IMG/VR virus record: IMGVR_UViG_3300022902_000970
Coordinates: 1 to 60,305 of that record
Direction: 5' to 3' (one strand)
DNA: 60,305 nucleotides
Origin: a virus
Taxonomy: Duplodnaviria > Caudoviricetes
The position numbers and the translations under genes were made by a program. The notes under the pieces were generated by a model. That model was not told where the DNA came from, made no database searches, and was given only the letters and a program-made list of their open reading frames with translations. Of the stretch, positions 48,958 through 58,948 are shown piece after piece (within the stretch, counting starts at the first letter, position 1; each line of letters opens with the position of its first letter).

Positions 48958-51900
48958 ATGAAGATTGCACATATTAGTGATTTGCATATTCGTAACTATC
49001 GTTATCATTACGAATATGAACAGGTGTTCGAACGACTCTACGAAAAACTCAAAGAGTTGAAACCAGACATCATTGTCAATACCGGCGATACAGCCCACAC
49101 CAAATTAAATCTTAGCCCGTCTTATTTTGACATGGCTGCGAGGATGTTTGAGAAGTTGGCTGATATTGCTCCCTATCATATTATCTTGGGGAACCACGAT
49201 CTAAACCTTCGCAACCTTTCCAAGATCGACGCCGTTTCCCCCCTTGTTGCGGCGTTGAACCATCCCGATATTCACTTCCACAAGCACTCTGCGGAAGTGG
49301 ATGTTGGAGATGGTTTTTGTTTTCATGTGTTATCTATCGTAGACGAAGAAAACTGGACTCTTCCTACAGACATGGACAAAATAAACATTGCTCTTTTCCA
49401 TGGTTCAGTCGCAGGAGTTAAAACTTCTACAGGTTGGACGATGACTCATGGGGATATTAGCCTAGATCGTCTCACAGAATACGACTATGCTCTTCTAGGG
49501 GACGTTCATAAACCCAATCAGGAGTTAGATAAAGAAGGTCGCATTCGCTACGCCGGTTCTCTCGTACAACAAAACTTCGGAGAGTCAGAAGAAAAGGGAT
49601 TTCTTCTTTGGGATATCAAAGACGTTGATACCTTTAAAGTAAAACATTACGCGCTTGAAAACCCTAAGCCTTTCGTGACTATCAATTTAACCAAGAAAGG
49701 GAAGATTCCCTCAAAAGCACAGATTAAAGAAGGTTGCCGCCTCCGCCTTGTTTCTAATGTTAATCTGCCTATCGACGTTATTAAACGCACCATCGATGTT
49801 GCGAAAACAAAATATAACCCTGAGACTGTAAATTATTATTCAAATGTATTTGGCAAGAAAGGCAAGAATGATATTATTAACTCTGTATTCAAAGATGACC
49901 TTCGCAGCATAGAGGTCCAACAGAACTTGATTTCTGAACACCTCGTAGATTATGAATTAGAGGAGGATACTTTAAACCAAATATTCGAACTTAATCAAAA
50001 ATACAACAAGCTGGTTACCGATGAAGAAGAAGTAAGCCGCAATATCCACTGGTCAGTTAGTAACCTGAACTGGGATAATCTTTTTAACTATGGAGAAGAC
50101 AACTCTATTAACTTCAACAAGCTAAAAGGAATCGTTGGAATCTTCGGTAAGAACTTCTCTGGTAAATCTTCCATTGTTGATTCTTTACTTTATACCATGT
50201 TTAATACAACTTCCAAGAACGAAAGAAAGAATCTTAACGTTATCAACCAGAATAAAGATAATGGTTCCGGGACTATTGAAATAGACATTGGAACTAATAC
50301 CTACAGGATTGAACGAACTAGCGAGAAGTATGAAAAGAAACTTAAAGGAAACACTTCTATAGAAGCCCGCACAAATGTAGAATTTACACAGATAGACAAA
50401 CTAACAGGTGAAGAAACTCCCTTAAACGGAGACACTAGAGCCCAAACAGACAAGAATATCCGCTCGGTTTTCGGTTCTATCGAAGATTTTCTTTTAACTT
50501 CCATGGGCTCCCAGGTAGATTCCCTCGCTTATATTAACGAAGGCTCAACAAAACGAAAAGAAATCCTTGCTAAATTCCTCGACCTGGAGGTTTTTGAAAA
50601 GAAATATAGAAAAGCTAAGGATGATGCAGGTGACCTCCGCGTAGCGATTAAAAAGCTCAAAGACCGGCAGTTTGAAGACGAGTTAAAAAATAAAAGAAAA
50701 GAACTTGCCCTCAATGAAGCTAAAATAGATGTCCGCCATAGAGAATGTGAAGAGCTTAAAACACAGACAGGAGAGTTTAGAGATTCTCTCTTAGCATTAC
50801 AAGAAAAAATTAGTTCTATCCCAACCGAAGTCATTCAAATCAAGAATGTCTTAAAGCAGATTAAAGCCAAAAATGGACAACTGGAAGAAATAACTAAAAA
50901 AGAAAAACAGTTTCTAGAAGAGATTGAAAATAAAATAGAGTTTATCCATAAGTTTGAAAAGTTCCAACAAATTTTTGATATTGAAGACGCTACAGAAAGA
51001 AAAGAAAAAGCCGATGCTTTAATCAGTGAACTTGAAATGATTGAAAAAGATATTGAAGTAACATCTTTAAGATATCAAAATCAAGTGAAAAAAGTGTCTC
51101 TTCTAAGTGAAGTCCCTTGTGGTTCCGAGTATTCGTCGTGTAAGTTCATTAAAGACGCCTATAAGGCATCCAAAGCGATTGATACTACCAAGGTAGCCTT
51201 AAATGACCTAACGCTCTCAAAGACCCAAAAAACCACTGATTTAGGGGGTTTAGATTACGAGCAAAATAATGAGTATATAAACAAATATAACACCGCAAAA
51301 ATAAAGAGTAACGAGCACGAGAAAGAAATAAAAGATGTCAAGTTAAAAATACAGGAAAACAAGACAGAAAGTCTGAAACTAACTAACGAAATTAACGAGT
51401 TGATTGACAAAAGAGAAGAATACGAAGAACATAGGGACGCTATTGAAAACTTAGAGACGCTTATAAACGAGAAAGATTGTATAGAAAGCGTAATCACCAC
51501 GAATGATTTAGCTTGCGAAAGATGTAACGAGGGATTGCTTGAGCTTTACAAGTCTAATGGATTTCTAGGGCAGCAATTCAAGCAGATTGAGATCGAACAA
51601 AAGGAATATGAAACATTAAATACAAGCTATTCTGTATATGATTTATACATGAAAGCAGTTCACTCTAACGGTATTCCTTCAAATCTTATTAACAGAAGTC
51701 TTCCAGTTATTAATCAAGAGATACAGAAGATTTTATCTAATGTTGTAGACTTTGAGGTTCTTTTCGAGAACGAAGATACCAAGCTAGATATTTTGATTAA
51801 ACATCCTAAATACGACGCTCGACCAATCGAAATGGGCTCGGGAGCAGAGAAAACTATCACTGCAATGGCAATCCGCCTTGCACTCCTTAATGTGTCAACG

Positions 51901-52110
51901 CTTCCTAAAGGAGACATTTTTATTCTCGACGAACCAGGGACAGCCCTAGACGAAGAAAATATGGAAGGTTTTATTCGCATCTTGGACATAATCAAAGGCG
52001 AGTTTAAAACAATCTTTCTTATTTCACATTTAGAAGTACTTAAAGATATCGTAGACAAGCAAATAATCATTAACAAAGAAGATGGTTATGCTAAAGTTAA
52101 TGAAAGCTAA
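48958..52110 (+). CDS. Fused Mre11/SbcD nuclease + Rad50/SbcC ATPase (T4 gp47-gp46-like)
   Basis: Metallophosphoesterase motifs DLH, GD, GNHD, HG, GDVH; Walker A GKNFSGKS; long coiled coil; signature GSGAEK; Walker B ILDEP; ISH. Confidence 0.92.
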   Translation: MKIAHISDLHIRNYRYHYEYEQVFERLYEKLKELKPDIIVNTGDTAHTKLNLSPSYFDMAARMFEKLADIAPYHIILGNHDLNLRNLSKIDAVSPLVAALNHPDIHFHKHSAEVDVGDGFCFHVLSIVDEENWTLPTDMDKINIALFHGSVAGVKTSTGWTMTHGDISLDRLTEYDYALLGDVHKPNQELDKEGRIRYAGSLVQQNFGESEEKGFLLWDIKDVDTFKVKHYALENPKPFVTINLTKKGKIPSKAQIKEGCRLRLVSNVNLPIDVIKRTIDVAKTKYNPETVNYYSNVFGKKGKNDIINSVFKDDLRSIEVQQNLISEHLVDYELEEDTLNQIFELNQKYNKLVTDEEEVSRNIHWSVSNLNWDNLFNYGEDNSINFNKLKGIVGIFGKNFSGKSSIVDSLLYTMFNTTSKNERKNLNVINQNKDNGSGTIEIDIGTNTYRIERTSEKYEKKLKGNTSIEARTNVEFTQIDKLTGEETPLNGDTRAQTDKNIRSVFGSIEDFLLTSMGSQVDSLAYINEGSTKRKEILAKFLDLEVFEKKYRKAKDDAGDLRVAIKKLKDRQFEDELKNKRKELALNEAKIDVRHRECEELKTQTGEFRDSLLALQEKISSIPTEVIQIKNVLKQIKAKNGQLEEITKKEKQFLEEIENKIEFIHKFEKFQQIFDIEDATERKEKADALISELEMIEKDIEVTSLRYQNQVKKVSLLSEVPCGSEYSSCKFIKDAYKASKAIDTTKVALNDLTLSKTQKTTDLGGLDYEQNNEYINKYNTAKIKSNEHEKEIKDVKLKIQENKTESLKLTNEINELIDKREEYEEHRDAIENLETLINEKDCIESVITTNDLACERCNEGLLELYKSNGFLGQQFKQIEIEQKEYETLNTSYSVYDLYMKAVHSNGIPSNLINRSLPVINQEIQKILSNVVDFEVLFENEDTKLDILIKHPKYDARPIEMGSGAEKTITAMAIRLALLNVSTLPKGDIFILDEPGTALDEENMEGFIRILDIIKGEFKTIFLISHLEVLKDIVDKQIIINKEDGYAKVNES

Positions 52111-52127
52111 TTTCAAGGAGAAATAAA

Positions 52128-52322
52128 ATGGAAAAAGTTAAAGCACTTTTAGATAGAATGACAGAAAAGGTTATTAGCCGCAAGTTTCTTGCGTGGGTTA
52201 CAGCGACAGTGCTGTCTGCCCATAATCATATTGATTCAGCCGATTGGGTAGCAGTAACGGTAATGTATATCGGTTCTGAAGCTCTGGTTGACCTAGCAGC
52301 AAGATGGAAGCACGGAGCCTGA
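52128..52322 (+). CDS. Putative holin-like small membrane protein
   Basis: 64 aa, AAGGAG SD, 'SRKF' followed by two short hydrophobic segments. Confidence 0.5.
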   Translation: MEKVKALLDRMTEKVISRKFLAWVTATVLSAHNHIDSADWVAVTVMYIGSEALVDLAARWKHGA

Positions 52323-52326
52323 TGAT

Positions 52327-52713
52327 ATGCTTACTTTAAAAAAAGTTTGGGTATGGATTAAAAAGCACTGGTATGTTCCGGTGCTTTTTATTTTGGCATT
52401 GGTTGCAGGAGCATTTAGTTTTTCTCGCAATAAAAAGTTAATCAAGCTGCTTGAAATTAATAAAGAAAGCTACGAGAAACAAATAAGAGTCTTAGAAGAC
52501 AACCATTCTTCTGAGATTAAAAGACGTGATGAGATTTACGCCAAATATGTAGAGACTATGAAGAAGCTCAATAAAGACCACGACATAGACATGAAGAATC
52601 TTTCCAAAGAAAAGAAAGAAAAAATGGACGATATGGTCAAGAAATATAAAGGAACACCAGAAGAGCTTGCAAAAGAGCTAGCAGAAATGTTTGGAGTTGA
52701 TTTTGTTGAGTAA
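52327..52713 (+). CDS. Membrane-anchored coiled-coil protein (i-spanin-like)
   Basis: Basic N-terminus, a single TM helix and a charged helical remainder. Confidence 0.5.
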   Translation: MLTLKKVWVWIKKHWYVPVLFILALVAGAFSFSRNKKLIKLLEINKESYEKQIRVLEDNHSSEIKRRDEIYAKYVETMKKLNKDHDIDMKNLSKEKKEKMDDMVKKYKGTPEELAKELAEMFGVDFVE

Positions 52714-53182
52714 GATTTTATCTATATTTTTATGTTTTCTATTGGTGTTTACACCTGCGATTGCGTTCGGTGGAGAATCAGACCCAGATAATTCGTTAAG
52801 TCCTAGCGGAAGAGTAACGGTAATAGGTCAAGGGGAGAAAACGCCCTATGGAGGTCTTCTTTTCGATTTAAAGGCGTCCGTCAAGCTAAAGTTAGATAAA
52901 GAATTTGCTTTAAAGAAATATGAACTACAACTAGATTTACAAAAGAAACTAATAACGTCAGAATTTACTTTAAAACTTGGGCTTCTACAAACTAAGTATG
53001 ATTCTTTACAAGAGAAGCACACCGCACTTCTAAAAATAAAGAACGAAGAAATCTTTCGTCTACAAGAATTGGTCAAAAATAGCCCTAACGATCATACACA
53101 ATGGTGGTTCATAGGTGGTATTGTGGCGGGATGTCTTCTCTCTCTTGGGGTTTATTACGCCGCCCTCAAGGTTAATCAATGA
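52691..53182 (+). CDS. Secreted/membrane protein with coiled coil and C-terminal TM (spanin-like)
   Basis: Signal-like N-terminus (..TPAIAFG), coiled coil, C-terminal 'WWFIGGIVAGCLLSLGVYY'; overlaps the upstream gene. Confidence 0.5.
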   Translation: MELILLSKILSIFLCFLLVFTPAIAFGGESDPDNSLSPSGRVTVIGQGEKTPYGGLLFDLKASVKLKLDKEFALKKYELQLDLQKKLITSEFTLKLGLLQTKYDSLQEKHTALLKIKNEEIFRLQELVKNSPNDHTQWWFIGGIVAGCLLSLGVYYAALKVNQ

Positions 53183-53577
53183 GCGAGAAAGATCCCAACT
53201 ATGTAGCCAAACTAGAGAAAGCTATTGCAGATAAATACGGCAAGGAAGCTATTCAAAACCCTAAGTCTGGCTGGACACCCGAGAAAGAAAAAGAATATAT
53301 TGAACAAGTAAAGAAAATCCAAGAAAAGAGAAACCAGAAAGAAGAGACAGCAGAAAAGGTTGAAACTAATGGCTTTTTCATCAAAAAAAAACTACTTAAT
53401 AGAGAACAAAAAAGAAACTGTCCTGTTTGCGAAGAATATTCGTTAGAAAAAAAAGATGATGTCTATATGACAAAATTTGATTGTTGTTTTAAATGCTATA
53501 TAAGCTATGTAGAAAATAGAGAGGAACGCTGGAAAACAGGATGGCGACCAAACACAGGAGATAAAGATAATGTCTAG
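53179..53577 (+). CDS. Hypothetical protein with C-terminal Zn finger
   Basis: CPVC...CCFKC, followed by 'RWKTGWRP'. Confidence 0.7.
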   Translation: MSEKDPNYVAKLEKAIADKYGKEAIQNPKSGWTPEKEKEYIEQVKKIQEKRNQKEETAEKVETNGFFIKKKLLNREQKRNCPVCEEYSLEKKDDVYMTKFDCCFKCYISYVENREERWKTGWRPNTGDKDNV

Positions 53578-54082
53578 CAAAGAAGATTTAGAAGTGATTA
53601 GAGCGATTGGGCAGTGCGCGGCAAATGCGTATGACGGCGCTCTGGATGAAAACGGAGAGCCTATTGTCATTGGTCTCTCTCGCGATGTAGGTAATCCCAC
53701 CCTTGATAGTCGTATTGTGGATGGTTTTAAGGTTAAGATGGTAGGAAAAAAACTTATGATTTCCTATCAATCAGATGTTTTTTTGAAAGATGTCCATAGC
53801 AATAACTTTGAAAACGACCTAGAAAGAAAAATGGGAGACATTGTTTCTTATCTCAAAAAAGAGTTTAAAAAAATCACCAAAAAAGCACTTAACCTAAAAT
53901 CTCTTGGAGATTGCGATGCCTTAGTCCAACAGACTTCCCGCGTTAGAGTGTTTGTTGTCGCTACTAAGACCTATGAAGTAGGAAACCTATCCAGTGTTGA
54001 CACTGTGGAGGGAGACACGACAGTGAAAAACACCCACCGCAATTTCCAAGATTTCCTCGCAGAAGGTGCATGGAAAGCTTAG
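53570..54082 (+). CDS. Hypothetical protein
   Basis: 170-aa ORF with AGGAG SD, immediately upstream of TerL. Confidence 0.7.
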   Translation: MSSKEDLEVIRAIGQCAANAYDGALDENGEPIVIGLSRDVGNPTLDSRIVDGFKVKMVGKKLMISYQSDVFLKDVHSNNFENDLERKMGDIVSYLKKEFKKITKKALNLKSLGDCDALVQQTSRVRVFVVATKTYEVGNLSSVDTVEGDTTVKNTHRNFQDFLAEGAWKA

Positions 54083-54103
54083 TAGATAATATAACCAAAA
54101 ATA

Positions 54104-55678
54104 ATGCCGTATAATCTTACCAAAAAAGAAATACTAACTGAGATTGTCAAAGCGGGAAAAGACCCGTCTTATTTTATCAACAACTACGCTAAGATTGCTC
54201 ATCCAATGCGCGGTTTAATTCCGTTCAAGCTGTATAACTTTCAAGAACAGTTGTTGAAAGATTTTAATGACCACCGTTTTAATGTCATTCTTAAGGCACG
54301 ACAGTTAGGTATTTCTACTATTTCTGCTGCTTACATCGCATGGATGATGATGTTCCACCGAGATAAGAACATTCTTGTCATTGCAACAAAGTTTGGAACA
54401 GCAGCTAATCTTGTAAAGAAAGTTAAATCGATTATTAAATATCTTCCCCCTTGGATGCAGATAGCAAATATCTCTATTGACAATAGAACTTCTTTTGAGC
54501 TTTCTAACGGTTCGCAGATTAAAGCCTCCTCGACTAGCTCCGACGCTGGACGATCTGAGGCTTTATCTTTGTTAGTAGTTGACGAGGCTGCACACGTTGA
54601 CGGACTCGACGACTTGTGGACTGGCTTATATTCTACCCTGTCTACTGGCGGACGATGCATCGCTCTTTCAACGCCGAATGGCTGCGGCAACTGGTTTCAT
54701 CAAACATATGTGGACTCCATCTCGGAAAACAACGATTTCTTCCCCACCAAACTAATGTGGGATGTCCATCCCGATAGAGACCAAGGGTGGTTTGAAAAAG
54801 AAACTCGTAACATGTCTAGGAGGCAGATTGCCCAGGAATTAGAATGTAACTTCAATATGTCGGGAGAAACTGTGTTTCATCCTGACGATTTAGTTTACAT
54901 TGCCAACAGCGTAAAACCTCCCAAACATAAAACTGGACTTGATAGGAATTTTTGGATTTGGGAAGAGTACCAATCGGAATCGACTTACCTTATCTCAGCC
55001 GACGTCGCTCGCGGCGACGGTAAAGATTATTCTACCTTTCATGTTATCAAGATAGAAACAAATGAAATCGTAGGAGAGTATCAAGGAAAGTTAACACCGG
55101 ATATTTTTTCTGGTATACTCTATGATGCCGGCAAAGAATATGGCGATTGCATGATTGTTGTAGAAAATTTAGCCGCAGGACATACGGTACTGGACAAGCT
55201 GGCAGAAAGAGAATATCCCAATGTGTACCACTCTTATAAATCTTCTCACGAGTATGTAGATCAAGTAACTGCCGAGTATTCTAATAACGCTATCGCAGGC
55301 TTTACCACCTCTAGTAAAACTCGCCCTTTAATAATTGCAAAAATGGAAGAATTCATTAGAAATAAACTACTTACGATATATTCGACAAGATTACTTGAGG
55401 AGATGAAAACATTCATTTGGCACAATGGTCGCCCACAAGCCATGAGAAAATATAATGATGATTTAGTTATGGCTTGCGCTATAAGCTGTTGGGTTAGAGA
55501 CACGGCATTTGAAACAAACAAGAGAGAACTGGAATACAAGAAAGCATTCTTAGGGGCTATGGCAACGACAAAAACAGAAATAAACACTGCAATCCCTGGA
55601 ATGCAGGGATATAAGTCTCATAAAAAACAAGATCAAATTAAAGAATATAAAGATTATAATTGGCTTTTAAAAGGTTAG
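54104..55678 (+). CDS. terL: Terminase large subunit (T4 gp17-like)
   Basis: LYNFQ (Q motif), KARQLGIST (Walker A), LVVDEAAH (Walker B), STPNG, QELEC, nuclease ADVARGDGKDYS, DDLVMA. Confidence 0.96.
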   Translation: MPYNLTKKEILTEIVKAGKDPSYFINNYAKIAHPMRGLIPFKLYNFQEQLLKDFNDHRFNVILKARQLGISTISAAYIAWMMMFHRDKNILVIATKFGTAANLVKKVKSIIKYLPPWMQIANISIDNRTSFELSNGSQIKASSTSSDAGRSEALSLLVVDEAAHVDGLDDLWTGLYSTLSTGGRCIALSTPNGCGNWFHQTYVDSISENNDFFPTKLMWDVHPDRDQGWFEKETRNMSRRQIAQELECNFNMSGETVFHPDDLVYIANSVKPPKHKTGLDRNFWIWEEYQSESTYLISADVARGDGKDYSTFHVIKIETNEIVGEYQGKLTPDIFSGILYDAGKEYGDCMIVVENLAAGHTVLDKLAEREYPNVYHSYKSSHEYVDQVTAEYSNNAIAGFTTSSKTRPLIIAKMEEFIRNKLLTIYSTRLLEEMKTFIWHNGRPQAMRKYNDDLVMACAISCWVRDTAFETNKRELEYKKAFLGAMATTKTEINTAIPGMQGYKSHKKQDQIKEYKDYNWLLKG

Positions 55679-55681
55679 AAA

Positions 55682-57619
55682 ATGGTTAATAAGAAAAATA
55701 CAAAAAATCCTCAAAGTAAATTATTTAGACAACTTACTCGTTTGCTTTCTGGTCCTATCACAGATTACAGGAGACAAAACCCTCGTAAGTTAAGGCGTAA
55801 GCAGCTGGATAAATATAATTTTCAATCCGCCGGCGGTCTTGAATTTAAAAAAAGTGCTTATGATCCGTATAAGAATCTAGGATCAAACTTTTTTAATAAC
55901 CAGAGTCGTATGGAGAGGTATCTCGATTTTGACCAAATGGAATATTCCCCCGAGCTTCATTCTGCTTTAGATATTTATGCTGATGAAATGACGACCTCTA
56001 ACGAATTTAGTCCTCTTCTAGCGATTAAATGCCCGAATGAAGAGATTCGATTTACTTTAGAAAATCTATATCACAACGTTCTTAATATAGACTTTAATCT
56101 TTTTGGATGGTGCCGCACTATGTGCAAATATGGCGACTACTTCCTTTATTTAGACCTGGATGATGAGACAGGTGTTAAGAATGTTATTGGTTTACCAGCA
56201 AAAGAAATTGAACGACTTGAAGGAGAAGACCCAACAAATCCTAATTATGTCCAGTTTCAGTGGAACTCGGGCGGTCTTACCTTCGAAAATTGGCAGATGG
56301 CTCATTTCCGTATCTTAGGTAACGACAAACACGCCCCTTACGGCACATCGGTACTAGACCCCGCAAGACGTATCTGGCGACAACTCACCTTGCTCGAAGA
56401 CGCCATGATGGCTTATCGTATTGTGAGAGCCCCAGAACGAAGAGTTTTCTACATCGATACTGGAAATATCGCCCCAGAAGATGTGGAACAATACATGCAA
56501 AAAGTCATGACTCAAATGAAACGTAATCAAGTTATCGATACCGACACTGGAAGAGTAGATCTCAGGTATAATCCCATGTCTGTTGAAGAAGATTACTGGG
56601 TGCCGGTACGAGGACAAAGCAATACGCGAATTGAAAATCTACCAGGCGGAACATATACTGGAGATATTGATGATGTAAAATATTTACGTGATAAGCTTTT
56701 TAGTGCTATTAAAATCCCAGCATCTTATTTATCGTCAACTGACGATACAGAGGACAAAACAACCCTTTCTCAAAAAGATATTCGCTTCGCTCGAACTATT
56801 CAGAGACTCCAACGTTCAATCATTGCTGAATTAGAAAAAATAGGAGTTATCCATCTCTTCACATTGGGATTTAGAGGACCAGATTTAATTTCTTTTAACT
56901 TGACGTTAAATAATCCTTCGAAGATTGCAGAACTTCAAGAATTGGAGCACTGGCGAACTAAGTTTGATGTTGCTTCCGCCGCTACAGAAGGATTCTTCAG
57001 CAAACGGTGGATTTTCGAAAAGCTGTTTAATCTTTCACATGAAGAAATAAATCAAATTCAACGAGAAAAATATTACGACAAGAAATACGAAACTGCCCTT
57101 GAAGGAACAGCAGAAGAAGCCGCAGGGGGCGTCGGCGGGGGTGCTGGTTTTGATACCGGAGGCGAAGGAGATATCTTTGGAGGAGGTGAAGGCGAAGATG
57201 ACCTCGGTGGAGAAGAAGATTTAGGTGATTTAGGAGGCGATGATCTCGGAGGGGAAGAACCAGCAGAAGAGGAATCACCAACCGGCGGGCTTATAACAGC
57301 CCCCGGTAAAAGAGATGATGAAAATTATAAAACAACAAAAGTAGATAATATGGGGAGAAAAAAGACCACCACTACCGATTCAAAGCTGAGTTGGCATAAA
57401 CCAGTCACTCACGACAAGCGAACTTCTTCCGGTCCCCGTTCAAAACAAATGAAAGCACCAGGTGGTATACCCCAACCAATGAAAAGTTTAGGCAAGGGGA
57501 TAGTCGCAGAAAAACTTGCTACTACTTATAAGAAGGAAGAAGAACTTTTATTTCAAAGAAAAATAGATATTGATAACCTCATAGCAGGGATGGAGAACAA
57601 ATCTAAAGATGAAGTTTAA
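55682..57619 (+). CDS. Portal protein (T4 gp20-like)
   Basis: ALDIYADE, QLTLLEDAMMAYRIVRAPERRVFYIDTGN, EEDYWVP, IENLPGG, DDVKY, DIRFARTIQRLQ. Confidence 0.95.
   Translation: MVNKKNTKNPQSKLFRQLTRLLSGPITDYRRQNPRKLRRKQLDKYNFQSAGGLEFKKSAYDPYKNLGSNFFNNQSRMERYLDFDQMEYSPELHSALDIYADEMTTSNEFSPLLAIKCPNEEIRFTLENLYHNVLNIDFNLFGWCRTMCKYGDYFLYLDLDDETGVKNVIGLPAKEIERLEGEDPTNPNYVQFQWNSGGLTFENWQMAHFRILGNDKHAPYGTSVLDPARRIWRQLTLLEDAMMAYRIVRAPERRVFYIDTGNIAPEDVEQYMQKVMTQMKRNQVIDTDTGRVDLRYNPMSVEEDYWVPVRGQSNTRIENLPGGTYTGDIDDVKYLRDKLFSAIKIPASYLSSTDDTEDKTTLSQKDIRFARTIQRLQRSIIAELEKIGVIHLFTLGFRGPDLISFNLTLNNPSKIAELQELEHWRTKFDVASAATEGFFSKRWIFEKLFNLSHEEINQIQREKYYDKKYETALEGTAEEAAGGVGGGAGFDTGGEGDIFGGGEGEDDLGGEEDLGDLGGDDLGGEEPAEEESPTGGLITAPGKRDDENYKTTKVDNMGRKKTTTTDSKLSWHKPVTHDKRTSSGPRSKQMKAPGGIPQPMKSLGKGIVAEKLATTYKKEEELLFQRKIDIDNLIAGMENKSKDEV
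57100..57290 (+). repeat. Gly/Asp/Glu-rich (D/E)LGG repeats in the portal C-terminal extension
   Basis: GGEGDIFGGGEGEDDLGGEEDLGDLGGDDLGGEE. Confidence 0.8.
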
Positions 57620-58427
57620 ACATAATAAAAAAAGAAACACTGCTTTTGTATTTGAAAGCCTGACCCGCGAAGTAGTTAAAAATATCATAGCAGAAGACTT
57701 AGAAAAAAAAGATAAAGTCCTCGCGATGCTTAAGAAGTTTTTTAATAAAGATACCGAACTTTACAAAGAGCTGCAAATCTACAAATCGATATTAGAAGCT
57801 AGAGAAATGTGCGCGGAAATGAAAGAAAAAGTAATCAAAGAAGCCAGATTTCAGCATGACAAACTCAACAAAGAACAAATTTTTAAGACTCAGACATTTT
57901 TGATTAAAGAAATCAACACTAATGTTTCAAAAGATATTTTCAATAACTTTGTTCCTAACTACAAAAACCTAGCTACGATTTATAACTTTTTGAATATGGA
58001 TATGTCTCCAAAGAAAAAAGTTATCTTAGAAAGCCAGCTTCTCGAAGAACTTAAGAAACTTGAAGAAGAAAAACAAACACCTTCAGATAAACTTACTTTT
58101 GATGTTTTTATGAAAAAGTATAACGAAAAATATGGAAATAATCTTCTTCAAGAACAAAAAACACTTCTTAATAAATATATTACCTCGTTTTCTGATAATG
58201 GTCTGGGTTTAAAGATATTTTTGAACGAAGAGGTAGGTCGCATTAAAACAAAACTTAAGAACACTCTTAAAACAAACATTGTTAAAGAAAATAAGCCGAT
58301 TAAAGAAAAGATGTTGAAAGTTGAGGAGATTGTTGAATCTTTTAAAAATCAACCTATTAATCAAGATGTCCTTAAAAGTATTCTTAAAATACAAACCTTA
58401 TTAAACGAGATGGAATTAAATGAGTAG
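57609..58427 (+). CDS. Hypothetical head-module protein (helical)
   Basis: MKFKHNKKRNT...; 272 aa, overlaps the portal stop. Confidence 0.7.
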   Translation: MKFKHNKKRNTAFVFESLTREVVKNIIAEDLEKKDKVLAMLKKFFNKDTELYKELQIYKSILEAREMCAEMKEKVIKEARFQHDKLNKEQIFKTQTFLIKEINTNVSKDIFNNFVPNYKNLATIYNFLNMDMSPKKKVILESQLLEELKKLEEEKQTPSDKLTFDVFMKKYNEKYGNNLLQEQKTLLNKYITSFSDNGLGLKIFLNEEVGRIKTKLKNTLKTNIVKENKPIKEKMLKVEEIVESFKNQPINQDVLKSILKIQTLLNEMELNE

Positions 58428-58944
58428 CGAAATAAAAATAACTATAAAACAAAAAAAACTTGTAGAAGTTGCTCTCGATGTTAAAAAATCATTAGATGGA
58501 AATCTAATGATTTTTGATCACAAAGATATTGATATTGTCATTATCCCCGAAAACAAAAAAATTGTTACTTTTCCTAAAAAGGAGTACTCTAAGCATGTGT
58601 ATCCCACCCAAGATAAGCTTTTTAATTATTTAAGAACCGACGGGGTTATCCAATACGATAGTATTAAAGGCGGTAATATTTTTATGTCAATGGAAGCTAT
58701 AATCTCTGAGTCGGAAGAAGTAAACTCTATCGACGCAACGCTTTATTCTATTTCTAAATTTATGATCCGGGAAAGAGAAATATTCGATTATGAAGACGCT
58801 ATGCAGAGCGATGAAGAAGATAACCTCACTGAACCTACCCCGGAAGACTCTACAGCGTTAGGAGAAGTCCCACAAGAGCCTAGAAAGGGAAGCATTGTCC
58901 CAGGGGTTAATCCCTATGGGCTGCCCGGTCAATATAATATGTAA
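58420..58944 (+). CDS. Hypothetical protein
   Basis: 174-aa ORF overlapping the upstream stop; acidic C-terminus. Confidence 0.7.
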   Translation: MSSEIKITIKQKKLVEVALDVKKSLDGNLMIFDHKDIDIVIIPENKKIVTFPKKEYSKHVYPTQDKLFNYLRTDGVIQYDSIKGGNIFMSMEAIISESEEVNSIDATLYSISKFMIREREIFDYEDAMQSDEEDNLTEPTPEDSTALGEVPQEPRKGSIVPGVNPYGLPGQYNM

Positions 58945-58948
58945 TTAA

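Noticed and set aside
54104-55678. Intein or intron/homing endonuclease in TerL (also checked by eye in primase and portal)
   Set aside because: Lengths are normal, motifs are contiguous, and no intein splice-junction or LAGLIDADG/HNH motifs were seen.
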